Shown: positions 50,131-59,001 of the stretch, in pieces | How positions within the stretch are numbered: the first letter of the stretch is position 1 | Layout of the letters: each line of letters begins with the position of its first letter | Origin: Bdellovibrionota bacterium | GTDB taxonomy: Bacteria; Bdellovibrionota_C; UBA2361; OMII01 | Assembly: GCA_044356215.1 (NCBI GenBank) | Contig: JBIKWQ010000010.1 | Coordinates: forward strand, 1-59,661 | Direction: 5' to 3' | DNA length: 59,661 bases | The notes under the pieces: generated by a model | What the model saw: only the letters and a program-made list of their open reading frames with translations | The model's database searches: none | What the model was told of the DNA's origin: nothing | Position numbers and translations under genes: made by a program

Positions 50131-51501
50131 CTACAACATACTCCCCGACAGCAGCATCGCCGCTATCGTGAAATAAAGCAGAAGACCGACAACATCGACT
50201 AATGTCGCCACAAAAGGCGCTGATGATGTGGCCGGATCTAGTTTAAGGCGTTTGAGCGCCAGAGGTAGCATAGATCCAGCTAAGCTTCCAAGGGTCACAA
50301 CCGCCATCAAAGAGAAGAAAACCGTTACACCAAGTAGAAACCAGTGCGGTCCATACATATCCGAAAATTGCGCCGCTATAACTATTCTTAAAAAACCAAC
50401 AAGGCCCAAGATCGATCCAAGCGCCCAGCCGGTCAGAAGCTCCCGTCGCATTATCTGGAACCAATCTCTTGTGCGGATCTCTCCTACCGCGAGAGCTCGG
50501 ATAATTAAGGTAGACGCCTGACTTCCTGAGTTACCACCGCTTGATATAATAAGTGGCACAAAAAGAGCTAGTACCACGGCTTTCTGAATCTCTCCCTCAA
50601 AGTTAGCCATGGCTGAAGCGGTGAGCATCTCGCCCACAAAGAGCACAATTAGCCAGCTAGCGCGTTTGCGTATCAGGGTAGACACCGGAGTCTTGATGTA
50701 CGCATCCTCAAGGGCTTCGCTACCTCCTAACTTCTGAATATCCTCTGTTACCTCTTCTTCTTGAACATCGAGGATATCATCAACGGTAACGATACCTAAG
50801 AGAACCCCATGCGTGTCTACCACTGGCAACGTAGGGCGGTCGTATTTCTTAAACAGCTCAACAGCCTGCTCCTGGTCGCTTTGTACAGAGAGCGCCTCGA
50901 ACTTATAATTCATCAGCGAAGCGACCTCTTCATCTAGAGACGCGAGCAAGAGATTCTTTACCGCCACCTCATCGACCAACACACCCTTAGCGTCAACAAC
51001 GTACAGGGTATCAAGTGAGTCACTCTCTCTTCCGTGCGCGCGGATATGATCTAAAACCTCGCGAACCTTCCAATCCTCATGGATTGTAAGATAATCCGGA
51101 GACATTAGTCGCCCAACACTACCATCTGGATAGCCAAGTAAGGTCAGTGCTACATCGCGCTCTTCCTTAGGTAATAGAGCCAAGAGCTGCCTGGCGGCTT
51201 CTGCTGGGATCTCTTCAAGAAGCGCAGTACGGTCATCCGCTGCCATCTCATAAAGCAGCCTTGCTGTTTGCTTATCGCCTAAACCACTAAGAATAGTCCT
51301 TTGCAGATCAAGATCTAATTCGGCGAAAATATCCGCGGCGAATTCACGAGGCAGGATGCGAAATATTAAAACACGCTCCTCATCTGAGAGTTGTTGAAAA
51401 AGCTCCGCCACCTCTACCGGCGCGTTATCAACCAACGCGTCACGTAGAGCGTGCAGCTCGCGCTGCTCTATCAGGCTTGAAACCCTCTCAACTGTGAACA
51501 T
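50131..51501 (-). CDS. mgtE: Magnesium transporter MgtE
   Basis: CBS pair, GIVTVDD, SSGGNSGSQ, DPATSSAPFVATLVDV. Confidence 0.96.
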   Translation of the reverse strand: MFTVERVSSLIEQRELHALRDALVDNAPVEVAELFQQLSDEERVLIFRILPREFAADIFAELDLDLQRTILSGLGDKQTARLLYEMAADDRTALLEEIPAEAARQLLALLPKEERDVALTLLGYPDGSVGRLMSPDYLTIHEDWKVREVLDHIRAHGRESDSLDTLYVVDAKGVLVDEVAVKNLLLASLDEEVASLMNYKFEALSVQSDQEQAVELFKKYDRPTLPVVDTHGVLLGIVTVDDILDVQEEEVTEDIQKLGGSEALEDAYIKTPVSTLIRKRASWLIVLFVGEMLTASAMANFEGEIQKAVVLALFVPLIISSGGNSGSQASTLIIRALAVGEIRTRDWFQIMRRELLTGWALGSILGLVGFLRIVIAAQFSDMYGPHWFLLGVTVFFSLMAVVTLGSLAGSMLPLALKRLKLDPATSSAPFVATLVDVVGLLLYFTIAAMLLSGSML

Positions 51502-52393
51502 TAAAATCTCTCTCTATGCCTTTCAAAACGCGCTCTATCGTATCAAGGATCATGAAGTGACCACCACCCTCTACTTTGTGAAATTCACTACCAGCGATCC
51601 GATCTCTCACCGCTTCACCCATCGAGATCGGAACATAGGTATCTCTATCCCCGTGCCAGATCGTTGTTGGCACTGTCACCTGACCTAAGAGCTCACTCCA
51701 ATCAGTGGCGAGGAGTAGAAACTCCGAGACCGTCCCCTCTGGTCCCTGCTTTAAGGCCTCACGGATGTTGCGTGCCAAGACCAAGCCCACCTCACGCCGC
51801 GTAACGATCTGGCGGTCAACCTTCGGAAGAAGCAAGCCAAACCACACCTTTACTAGATGCGGGAAGCGTCTCCAAAGCCGCGCCAATGTGCCAACCAAAC
51901 ACCTTCCCACCGCTGGAAAACGCTTTCCTAAAATTAGCAAAGATCGGTTGGCGCCGTTCATCCCTTTTAGGGACTCAGGGCGTGTTAATGGCCCTACCCC
52001 ACTTACGATCGTTAATGAAATCACCCGATCTCTCAGCTTTGCCGCAGCCGCGACTGCCGTTGGAGTGCCGCCAGACACCCCCAGGACACCAAAGCGCTTG
52101 ATTCCTAGGTGATCGGCCACTAGTGCGACATCAGAAGCCCAATCCTCAAATTTTCTCTGGGAATACCACTCTGAGAGTCCAAACCCCGGTCTATCCAGCG
52201 CAACAACAGTTAAACCAAGCTCCTTTGCGGCCCGTTCAGCTATCGTGGCCTCTAGGCGGCTAGCTGGAAAACCGTGGCTATAGAAGACAACTTTTTTAAG
52301 ATCAGCGTCCCCCACCAACACCGCCCCTATCGCCCTACCGTCTGGGTGCCTGAGGACTAACTCGCGAGGCTCTAAGTTTTTGGTAGTGGTCAT
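51488..52393 (-). CDS. Alpha/beta hydrolase
   Basis: HGFPASR, DRPGFGLS, GVSGG, WHGDRD, GGHF. Confidence 0.9.
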   Translation of the reverse strand: MTTTKNLEPRELVLRHPDGRAIGAVLVGDADLKKVVFYSHGFPASRLEATIAERAAKELGLTVVALDRPGFGLSEWYSQRKFEDWASDVALVADHLGIKRFGVLGVSGGTPTAVAAAAKLRDRVISLTIVSGVGPLTRPESLKGMNGANRSLLILGKRFPAVGRCLVGTLARLWRRFPHLVKVWFGLLLPKVDRQIVTRREVGLVLARNIREALKQGPEGTVSEFLLLATDWSELLGQVTVPTTIWHGDRDTYVPISMGEAVRDRIAGSEFHKVEGGGHFMILDTIERVLKGIERDFNVHS

Positions 52394-52536
52394 AAAGGGG
52401 GGCTTTTAATGGGAGAGACGACTAAAGTCTACCAAATTAACCAGTTAAGGAGTAGGTAACGATCTCATGGAAGCGATGATCGCCACTCAGATCGTGCTAT
52501 AGTCAGGTCGATTCTTACCCCCACCAGCGATTTAGG

Positions 52537-53400
52537 ATGGCTAAAGAGATTCTAATCATAACAGCTCTCTCATGTGAGGCGGCGCCTTTAATCAAAGCCT
52601 ATGAGGCAAGGCCACTTCGCGAGAATCCATGCGCTGAGCGTTTCCAAGTTTTCTATGGCAACGGTGCGTACATCGCCACTTCAGGTATCGGAAAGATCCG
52701 CTCTGCTATAGCCACTTCAGCTCTAATGACCTCACTTTTTCCGGAGCTCTACCGAGGCGGGGAATCGCCACTCGTGGCAAATATAGGGATCGCCGGATAC
52801 TCAAGCCCAGAGCTGCCGATCGGTACACTTACCTACATCAATAAGGTTCATGACGTAGCCACAGACGCCAGGTTCTATCCGGATATCATAGTACGGCACG
52901 GCCTAGTCGAGAGCAGCCTAGAGACTTACGACCATCCAGTAAGAACGCCCCCTAAACACCCAGTCTGCGTCGATATGGAGGGAGCTGGGATGATCCAAGC
53001 GGCCCTGACTATCACTATGCCTAGCTCTGTATGCCTTCTAAAAGTTATCTCGGATCACTGCTTAGGTACGCGCCTTTCCCAAGATGAGGTATCAGCGCTG
53101 GTGGCTAAAAATTCCGAGCGAATTACAACCTGTTTAGGGTCGATCAAAGATGCCCTTCCACAAATAAACAGGATAAATACCGATGAACACTCTCTGATTG
53201 TCAGCGCCTGCGAAAATTTAAAGTTCTCGTTATCGCAGCGCACCGAGATATACCGAAGGGTCCAAACACTTCACTCGCAGGGGCTAGATTGGAAAAGCAC
53301 TATCACTCCTTTACTCCAGCTTAAAGTCGGAGTGAAAGAGGAGCGCAATAAGGCCTATCATCAGCTTCTAGTCGAACTCACAAGGGAGATATCACTTTGA
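52537..53400 (+). CDS. Nucleoside phosphorylase / MTA-SAH nucleosidase-like protein with C-terminal helical extension
   Basis: ITALSCEA, SGIGK, NIGIAG, VDMEGAG, KVISD motifs. Confidence 0.72.
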   Translation: MAKEILIITALSCEAAPLIKAYEARPLRENPCAERFQVFYGNGAYIATSGIGKIRSAIATSALMTSLFPELYRGGESPLVANIGIAGYSSPELPIGTLTYINKVHDVATDARFYPDIIVRHGLVESSLETYDHPVRTPPKHPVCVDMEGAGMIQAALTITMPSSVCLLKVISDHCLGTRLSQDEVSALVAKNSERITTCLGSIKDALPQINRINTDEHSLIVSACENLKFSLSQRTEIYRRVQTLHSQGLDWKSTITPLLQLKVGVKEERNKAYHQLLVELTREISL

Positions 53401-54407
53401 GTTATCTACCGATCTTCTCCCACATCTATATTGAGGATAAGGCGCGTGATTATCCCCTTACTAAAGCGATATTAAATCGCTTTACAAAAGCTCAATCGAT
53501 CTCGATTAATACCTACAAAGAGGTCTTTAATCGCCCAAGACAGAGCTGGATTGATCAGCGCAACTCTCTGAAACTGATCCTTGCTGTAAGAGACGATGCG
53601 TTTCTTTACCCGGGAAGCTCATTTGTGCCGAATTTTGAACACTCGCGGTTCTTTTATACTACTCCAGCGCTAAACTGCATCTATGGTTGCGAGTACTGTT
53701 ACCTACAAGGAATGTTTCCATCGGCTAACTTGGTTCTCTTCGTTAACGATAGTGACTTTATCAGCGCGGCGAATAAAGAGCTAAAAGGAACCGAGCCCGC
53801 GTATCTCTGCATCTCGTATGACACGGATCTACTAGCGCTTGAGGATCTATTTGGCTACTGCGGCAAATACATAGAGTTCGCCCGAGAGAACCCAAACGTC
53901 ACAGTCGAGATCCGCACAAAAAGCGCTAATATAGGAGCTATTAGGGAGATCGCGGCGCCTTCAAATGTGATCATAGCCTGGACCATCTCCCCTGATCACG
54001 TTGTATCACGCTATGAGCATAAGACTCCCAAACTAGCCGCTCGTTTAGAGGCGATAGATAAAGCCGCCAAACTTGGGTGGCGTGTTAGGCTTTGCATTGA
54101 TCCGATTCTCAAGGTCGATAAATGGCGAGAACACTATTTAGAACTAATCAACGAGACATTCTCTCGCCTTAACTCTGAATCTATCGCCGATATCTCGATA
54201 GGAGTTTTTAGGATCCCAAGCGGCTATCTAAAGCAGATGCGAGAAGCCAACCCAGTTTCCCCGATTGTGGGATATCCTTACACAGTCAGTAACCAGTGCG
54301 CCTCGTATCCCAACGAAGAGCGTGAGGAGATGATCGCGGTGGTCTCGGAATACCTTAAGCAATACGTTCCACAGGAGAAGATATGTCCAGTCCCTTGGCA
54401 GTTGTAA
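53397..54407 (+). CDS. Spore photoproduct lyase-family radical SAM protein
   Basis: CIYGCEYCYLQG (CxxxCxxC), EIRTKS, YEHKTPKLAARL, DPIL. Confidence 0.85.
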   Translation: MSYLPIFSHIYIEDKARDYPLTKAILNRFTKAQSISINTYKEVFNRPRQSWIDQRNSLKLILAVRDDAFLYPGSSFVPNFEHSRFFYTTPALNCIYGCEYCYLQGMFPSANLVLFVNDSDFISAANKELKGTEPAYLCISYDTDLLALEDLFGYCGKYIEFARENPNVTVEIRTKSANIGAIREIAAPSNVIIAWTISPDHVVSRYEHKTPKLAARLEAIDKAAKLGWRVRLCIDPILKVDKWREHYLELINETFSRLNSESIADISIGVFRIPSGYLKQMREANPVSPIVGYPYTVSNQCASYPNEEREEMIAVVSEYLKQYVPQEKICPVPWQL

Positions 54408-55105
54408 CAGGCACAAGCTCAGGCATCGGCGCGGCTATCGCCAAGGCTCTACTAGATAACAACTGGAGAGTTGTCGGCATATCAAGGCGCACACCTGATA
54501 TATCCAATCCTAATTATACACACATAACTTTGGACCTAACCGACACGGACAAAGTATCCGCCGTTACCCCTGAAATCTTAAAAGCTCACGGTGATCTCAC
54601 ACTCTTAGTAAACAACGCTGGAGCTGGACACTTCGCGCCGCATGAGGAGCTATCTGTGAAGCAGATCGACCAGATGGTTAAACTAAACCTATTAGCTCCG
54701 CTGGTCCTAACGAGGGGATTCTTAAGATCGCTTAAGGATACCAGCGGCTATATCATCGGCATTAGCTCATTTTCTGCCCTAGAGAGCAGCTCATTTGGCG
54801 CGGCCTACGCCGCGACCAAAGCGGGGCTTGAGCATTTTCAAAAGTCACTCTTTGACGAAGTAAGAAAAAAAGGGGTTAAAGTGACAACTATCACCCCTGA
54901 TATAACGCGCACCCCGTTTTACGATCACCTAAATTTCTATCCTCAAGAAGGGGAGGAATTCGCTGTAACGCCCGAGTGTGTGGCTGAGGCGGTAATCGAG
55001 ATTTTGAATAGACGCTCGGGAGCTGTAACTACGCAGGTAGTTTTGCGTCCTGCGAGGTTGGGGTTAGGGAAGCGCGGGAAAGCGTCTCGCTGCTCTGAGG
55101 GGTAA
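54383..55105 (+). CDS. Short-chain dehydrogenase/reductase
   Basis: TGTSSGIG, NNAG, YAATK. Confidence 0.92.
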   Translation: MSSPLAVVTGTSSGIGAAIAKALLDNNWRVVGISRRTPDISNPNYTHITLDLTDTDKVSAVTPEILKAHGDLTLLVNNAGAGHFAPHEELSVKQIDQMVKLNLLAPLVLTRGFLRSLKDTSGYIIGISSFSALESSSFGAAYAATKAGLEHFQKSLFDEVRKKGVKVTTITPDITRTPFYDHLNFYPQEGEEFAVTPECVAEAVIEILNRRSGAVTTQVVLRPARLGLGKRGKASRCSEG

Positions 55106-55122
55106 ACCTAGGGAAGCGAGGC

Positions 55123-55311
55123 AAAACTACGATTATCTTAAAAGACGATTTAGTAAGAGAAGCCATGGCTGTAACCGGCATTAAGGAGAAAACAGCCGTG
55201 ATACATCGTGGACTTGAAGAACTGGTCAACAAAGCGGCTCGACAACGATTAATTAAGTTGGGGGGCCTTATGAAAAGCCCCCGTGCTCTTCGACGCCGTC
55301 GTAACAGCTAG
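55123..55311 (+). pseudogene. vapB: VapB-type antitoxin lacking its normal start codon (internal ATG at 55165); not in the ORF track
   Basis: Frame reads KTTIILKDDLVREAMAVTGIKEKTAVIHRGLEELVNKAARQRLIKLGG..RRRRNS*; no ATG/GTG/TTG between the in-frame TGA at 55096-55098 and KTT. Confidence 0.75.
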
Positions 55312-55321
55312 AAGTCTCCTC

Positions 55322-55678
55322 ATGGCCACACTCTTCGATACCTCAGTTTGGATTCGCCATTTCCGCTCGCCCGAACCAGAACTTATGAGCGCCTTAGAGG
55401 AGGACACCGTCTTTATCCATGAAGCTGTAATAGGCGAGCTTGCCGCTGGGCGAATACCAAAACCTAAGAGCACTATTAATGACTTATCGCGATTACCCTT
55501 CGCTCCTGCTGTGCCCTTTAAAGAGCTCTTAGACCTAATAATGAAACGTGATCTAATCAGTAAAGGTCTAAGCTGGGTTGATGTACAACTAATCGGGAGT
55601 TGTCTTGCCGGGGATTTAGATCTCTCTACTTACGATCTAAAATTAGCGGCAGCATGGAAAACTATTCGTAGGCGATAA
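55322..55678 (+). CDS. vapC: VapC PIN-domain toxin (ATG at 55322 preferred)
   Basis: LFDTSVWIRHFR, IGELAAG, GLSWVDVQL, TYDLKL. Confidence 0.88.
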   Translation: MATLFDTSVWIRHFRSPEPELMSALEEDTVFIHEAVIGELAAGRIPKPKSTINDLSRLPFAPAVPFKELLDLIMKRDLISKGLSWVDVQLIGSCLAGDLDLSTYDLKLAAAWKTIRRR

Positions 55679-55842
55679 GTGAAGCTGATCGTAACTACTT
55701 AGCAAATGGCGGCGCTTACGGCTGATCTTCGTTGCCGCGACGATCGACCGACGGTAATACTTACGAACACCTGAAGATCTTCTCAGATCCCGCAACTTCC
55801 TCATCCTGGCATCCGATAACTTCTCTGAAAATAAGATCACAA

Positions 55843-56301
55843 ATGAAACAAAAACCTACCCAAAACAAATTCACAGCTCACACGACTCAACACGGCTTCT
55901 CTCTCCTGGAGTCCCTGACGGTCCTCGCTTTTACTGGAGTTATTTTAGCTATTTCTATCCCTAAGGCTTCAGATATATCAAGGCGCCTTAACTTAAAGAG
56001 CGAAGCTTCATCTATCAGGCTTTTTCTTGAGCGGTGCTTAAGCTTCTCGCTCTCGTCTAGAAGAACGGTTCAGGTAGCGGTTAATCAAAGCGATCTGCTC
56101 GCCTCTACTGAGGACGGCATCCCACTTTTTAGCTATAAACTAAAGCAGGGGGTAACTTTCACCGGCAACTTAAACGCGCGAGATCCCCTATTCTTCTATC
56201 AAACGATATCAGCCTCACCAAAAACCCTTACCATCAACAAGGGATCACTATCGTGCTCGATCGTCATCTCCCTTCGCGGAAGGATTCGATTCACATGCTA
56301 A
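55843..56301 (+). CDS. Minor pilin/pseudopilin, FimT/GspH-like
   Basis: Prepilin motif HG/FSLLESL followed by a hydrophobic helix; C-terminal IVISLRGRIR. Confidence 0.78.
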   Translation: MKQKPTQNKFTAHTTQHGFSLLESLTVLAFTGVILAISIPKASDISRRLNLKSEASSIRLFLERCLSFSLSSRRTVQVAVNQSDLLASTEDGIPLFSYKLKQGVTFTGNLNARDPLFFYQTISASPKTLTINKGSLSCSIVISLRGRIRFTC

Positions 56302-56531
56302 ATAGAAGCGCCTCTTATCAATACGGGTACACTATTATTGAGGCCCTGATAGCCACGGCGATCACTTCGATTATCACTTCTGGGCTCTGGCAATTAACGC
56401 TCTCAGCACGAACGCTAAGTGAGCGAAACTTTAAAGAAGCAACCACAGCGTGCGACCTCCCACAATGCGATGGAATCGCTACCGGATTAAAGTGCATCTG
56501 TGGCGAGCGTCACTTCTTTATTATTAGGTAA
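56295..56531 (+). CDS. Short minor pilin, PilV/GspI-like
   Basis: YG/YTIIEALIA; Cys-rich C-terminus. Confidence 0.7.
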   Translation: MLNRSASYQYGYTIIEALIATAITSIITSGLWQLTLSARTLSERNFKEATTACDLPQCDGIATGLKCICGERHFFIIR

Positions 56532-56537
56532 TAGACC

Positions 56538-57374
56538 ATGCGAGGATATTCATTAATCGAGTGCCTCTGCTCGGTCGCTATTGTAGCGCTATTAATCTCT
56601 GGTATCGCGATTACTACCAAGAGAATGTCAGCGATATTAGGCGGTGTTTCTGATTCACTTGAAGAGCGCGTCGCCATTATTAAGACCGGAGCGACGATCC
56701 AAGCGGCGCTAGCCTCACTTGAGCGTTCACACATTTCAGGGTTGGTAACCACAACCGCTGGCGACAATCCAAGAACTCCAAGCGGCGCGCCACATCCTGT
56801 CGCTGGACTAAGCGGGACCTCAAGGCCACGTTCAGGATCAACCGTTCTCTCAACTGTAGAGGTCGAGCCGCGTTACCGGGGAAGGATTACCCGCTCAATG
56901 TTTAGCCAAGATACAGTGACGATCGATATCTGCGGAGCCCCAATGAAGCCAACGCCTGATCAGTTTAGGAGTCACTTAGTAATCGGATTAGCCGGCCCGT
57001 GCCAGATAACAGGGTCGCCTAACCAGATATCCGCGAATTGCTTTCAGATATCGGGAAGGGCGGTAGCGGGTCTAATCGCGCCAAGTTGCGCTCCCTCATC
57101 ACTCCTTGAATATCTTCCAGTCATTAGGGAGTTTTCTCTCCACATAGATAGAAGTGGAGAGCTAAGACTTATCTCTCATGTGGGAAACCGGATCCTTGAG
57201 AATCAGCCGATAGTGCGCGGATTACGATCCTTCTCTGTTATTCCTCTCGCGGTATCTCTTTATCCTGACGTTTTTTATAGAGTGACAGTTAGCGGAAGCT
57301 TCGCGCGATCTCACACCTTTCTATTCGCCTCAGCTCTAACGAGAGAAGGCTTCTGGAATGAGGTGTTACTGTGA
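56538..57374 (+). CDS. Minor pilin, PilW/GspJ-like
   Basis: MRG/YSLIECL followed by a hydrophobic helix. Confidence 0.72.
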   Translation: MRGYSLIECLCSVAIVALLISGIAITTKRMSAILGGVSDSLEERVAIIKTGATIQAALASLERSHISGLVTTTAGDNPRTPSGAPHPVAGLSGTSRPRSGSTVLSTVEVEPRYRGRITRSMFSQDTVTIDICGAPMKPTPDQFRSHLVIGLAGPCQITGSPNQISANCFQISGRAVAGLIAPSCAPSSLLEYLPVIREFSLHIDRSGELRLISHVGNRILENQPIVRGLRSFSVIPLAVSLYPDVFYRVTVSGSFARSHTFLFASALTREGFWNEVLL

Positions 57375-58198
57375 TGAGACGAGCAAGCCAGAATGAAAGA
57401 GGTGCCGCTATCTTTCTAGCGCTCCTGTCGCTTAGCGTTATCGGGTATCTATCTCTTAGGTTAATACACCTCTCGAAATCTTACTCAGATCTAACCCGAG
57501 CATACTCAGATGGGATAAATTATCAGACTGCCACTCGTTTAGGGATAACCGCGCCAACTACAAACTCTAGGAGCTGCTCACCGCAGACTCTTAGTGGCGG
57601 TCAGATATCCGGAAAGGACCTGGGCAGTCAGGAGTGGTACATCTGCGCGGCTGAGAAACCAGCCTGGTTCTCAAGTGACCCTAATGTAACGAGCTTTAAG
57701 TCTCCTGATTTTAATTCGATATTTAAGACAGCCACACCATGCGCTTATGCGCGAAGAAGCTCCTCGAGCGATACCTTTACAACTCCAAAGTCCGGTTATA
57801 CCTGCGAGCTCCCAAGCGAGATCTCCGCTGGCTTGGCTCTTACTGATAATATATGGGCCTTGAATGTAACTGTGACTAAACAGGCAGAGCAGAAAAGCGT
57901 AATCATCGCCTCTCCTGGGGAGATTGTCATAGAAAGCCTTCTTACCCTAAGCGATAACGCATCAATAATCGCCGGTGGTGATATCAAGATAGGAGCGATT
58001 AGCTATAGAGAATCAGGAGCGATTAATGTAACGGTTATTAGCGCCCACGGAGCTGTAACTATTAGCAGCATAAGTAGTGGCGTGAGGCTACTGGTGTTAG
58101 CGAGGCAAGCTGTGTCGGCACCGCCTTCGCCTCCGCAAACGAGTCCGTTACTTCCGCTTTTTAGGGCTGGATCGATTGCGGGGATTATTTCTAGGTAA
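57371..58198 (+). CDS. Minor pilin, PilX/GspK-like
   Basis: NERG/AAIFLALL without Glu5, typical of the PilX/GspK class; fourth gene of the cluster. Confidence 0.65.
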   Translation: MMRRASQNERGAAIFLALLSLSVIGYLSLRLIHLSKSYSDLTRAYSDGINYQTATRLGITAPTTNSRSCSPQTLSGGQISGKDLGSQEWYICAAEKPAWFSSDPNVTSFKSPDFNSIFKTATPCAYARRSSSSDTFTTPKSGYTCELPSEISAGLALTDNIWALNVTVTKQAEQKSVIIASPGEIVIESLLTLSDNASIIAGGDIKIGAISYRESGAINVTVISAHGAVTISSISSGVRLLVLARQAVSAPPSPPQTSPLLPLFRAGSIAGIISR

Positions 58199-58406
58199 AG
58201 TTGCAATGCTTGATAGGGATTGCACGCTCAGGAAACGCCTTTATCTCAGCGTAAAGTCCTAGATGGGCAGATCTGGCCATCTAGCCAAAATCGCTAGATG
58301 GACCAGGTCTGCAAAAACGCTTTAATAAACTGAATTTGTTCAGTTTGTAGTTGTAATTGAGCAGCGTTAGGGAGTGCGATAGCATGAAATGAGGTCTCGG
58401 AGCGCG

Positions 58407-58441
58407 TAGATGGGCGGATCGGGACAGTAGTATGTTATCCC
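58407..58441 (+). other. Putative attI-like cassette entry site (G/TTATCCC at 58434)
   Basis: GTTATCCC is the exact reverse complement of GGGATAAC ending cassette 1; no attC-type stem upstream. Confidence 0.55.
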
Positions 58442-58995
58442 CGGACGTAATCGAACGGACTGCTCGTGATGATTAGATATACAAAAATTTATTTTCTTTT
58501 ATTGAGCGCATCTCTAACGGCTTGTTCATTCAATAGGACGTGCTGCAGATATATAAGGGACGAAGATAGTAGTTCCTACGTGCGGGCGGCACTCAAAAGT
58601 ACGTCGCTTGAATATCTGATTGATTATGGTCCTGATTCGTATGATTTGACTGCTAATTTTGACGTGCTCTTTCTTCCGAAGGAATCCTCGACCAACGGAT
58701 GTACCGCGTATATACACGGCAAATATGGGGAGCTTGTTAAATCCAATGAGCTGAGTCTGAGAGGCCATTCTGAGGGTGTTCGAGTCGGGGAGTTCAACCA
58801 GAGCCAGAAATGGAATTTGAGATATTATCTTACCGGGGTGATAAATCGCCCCGATACTGAAGCGATACGTGAGCGAAACAATCGCGCCTTGTCAATTCAC
58901 GTGGAGGAAGACTACGTGGTTGACTATGAAATGAAGTAGTTTCAGGGATAACAATAAACTGTTCCGGACGGCTTCGCCGCCGGAAAATTAAGAAG
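58435..58995 (+). mobile_element. Integron gene cassette 1 (lipoprotein)
   Basis: Bounded by G/TT at 58434 and G/TT at 58995; single ORF plus attC. Confidence 0.75.
58466..58939 (+). CDS. Hypothetical lipoprotein (cassette-borne)
   Basis: Signal peptide with lipobox LTAC. Confidence 0.7.
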   Translation: MMIRYTKIYFLLLSASLTACSFNRTCCRYIRDEDSSSYVRAALKSTSLEYLIDYGPDSYDLTANFDVLFLPKESSTNGCTAYIHGKYGELVKSNELSLRGHSEGVRVGEFNQSQKWNLRYYLTGVINRPDTEAIRERNNRALSIHVEEDYVVDYEMK

Positions 58996-59001
58996 TTGTA
59001 C
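58946..59001 (+). other. attC recombination site 1
   Basis: R'' GGATAAC, stem TTCCGG-A-CGGC-TTC-GCCG-CCGGAA, R' GTTGTAC; 56 bp, starting 6 nt after the stop codon. Confidence 0.8.

Noticed and set aside
55679..55842. attC after vapC (TAAC...GTT), which would make vapBC a cassette
   Set aside because: No convincing L-box stem and no matching R'/R'' pair around vapBC.
55732..55842. Upstream extension of the first pilin ORF as given in the ORF track
   Set aside because: The prepilin motif position favours ATG 55843; the extension is probably non-coding.
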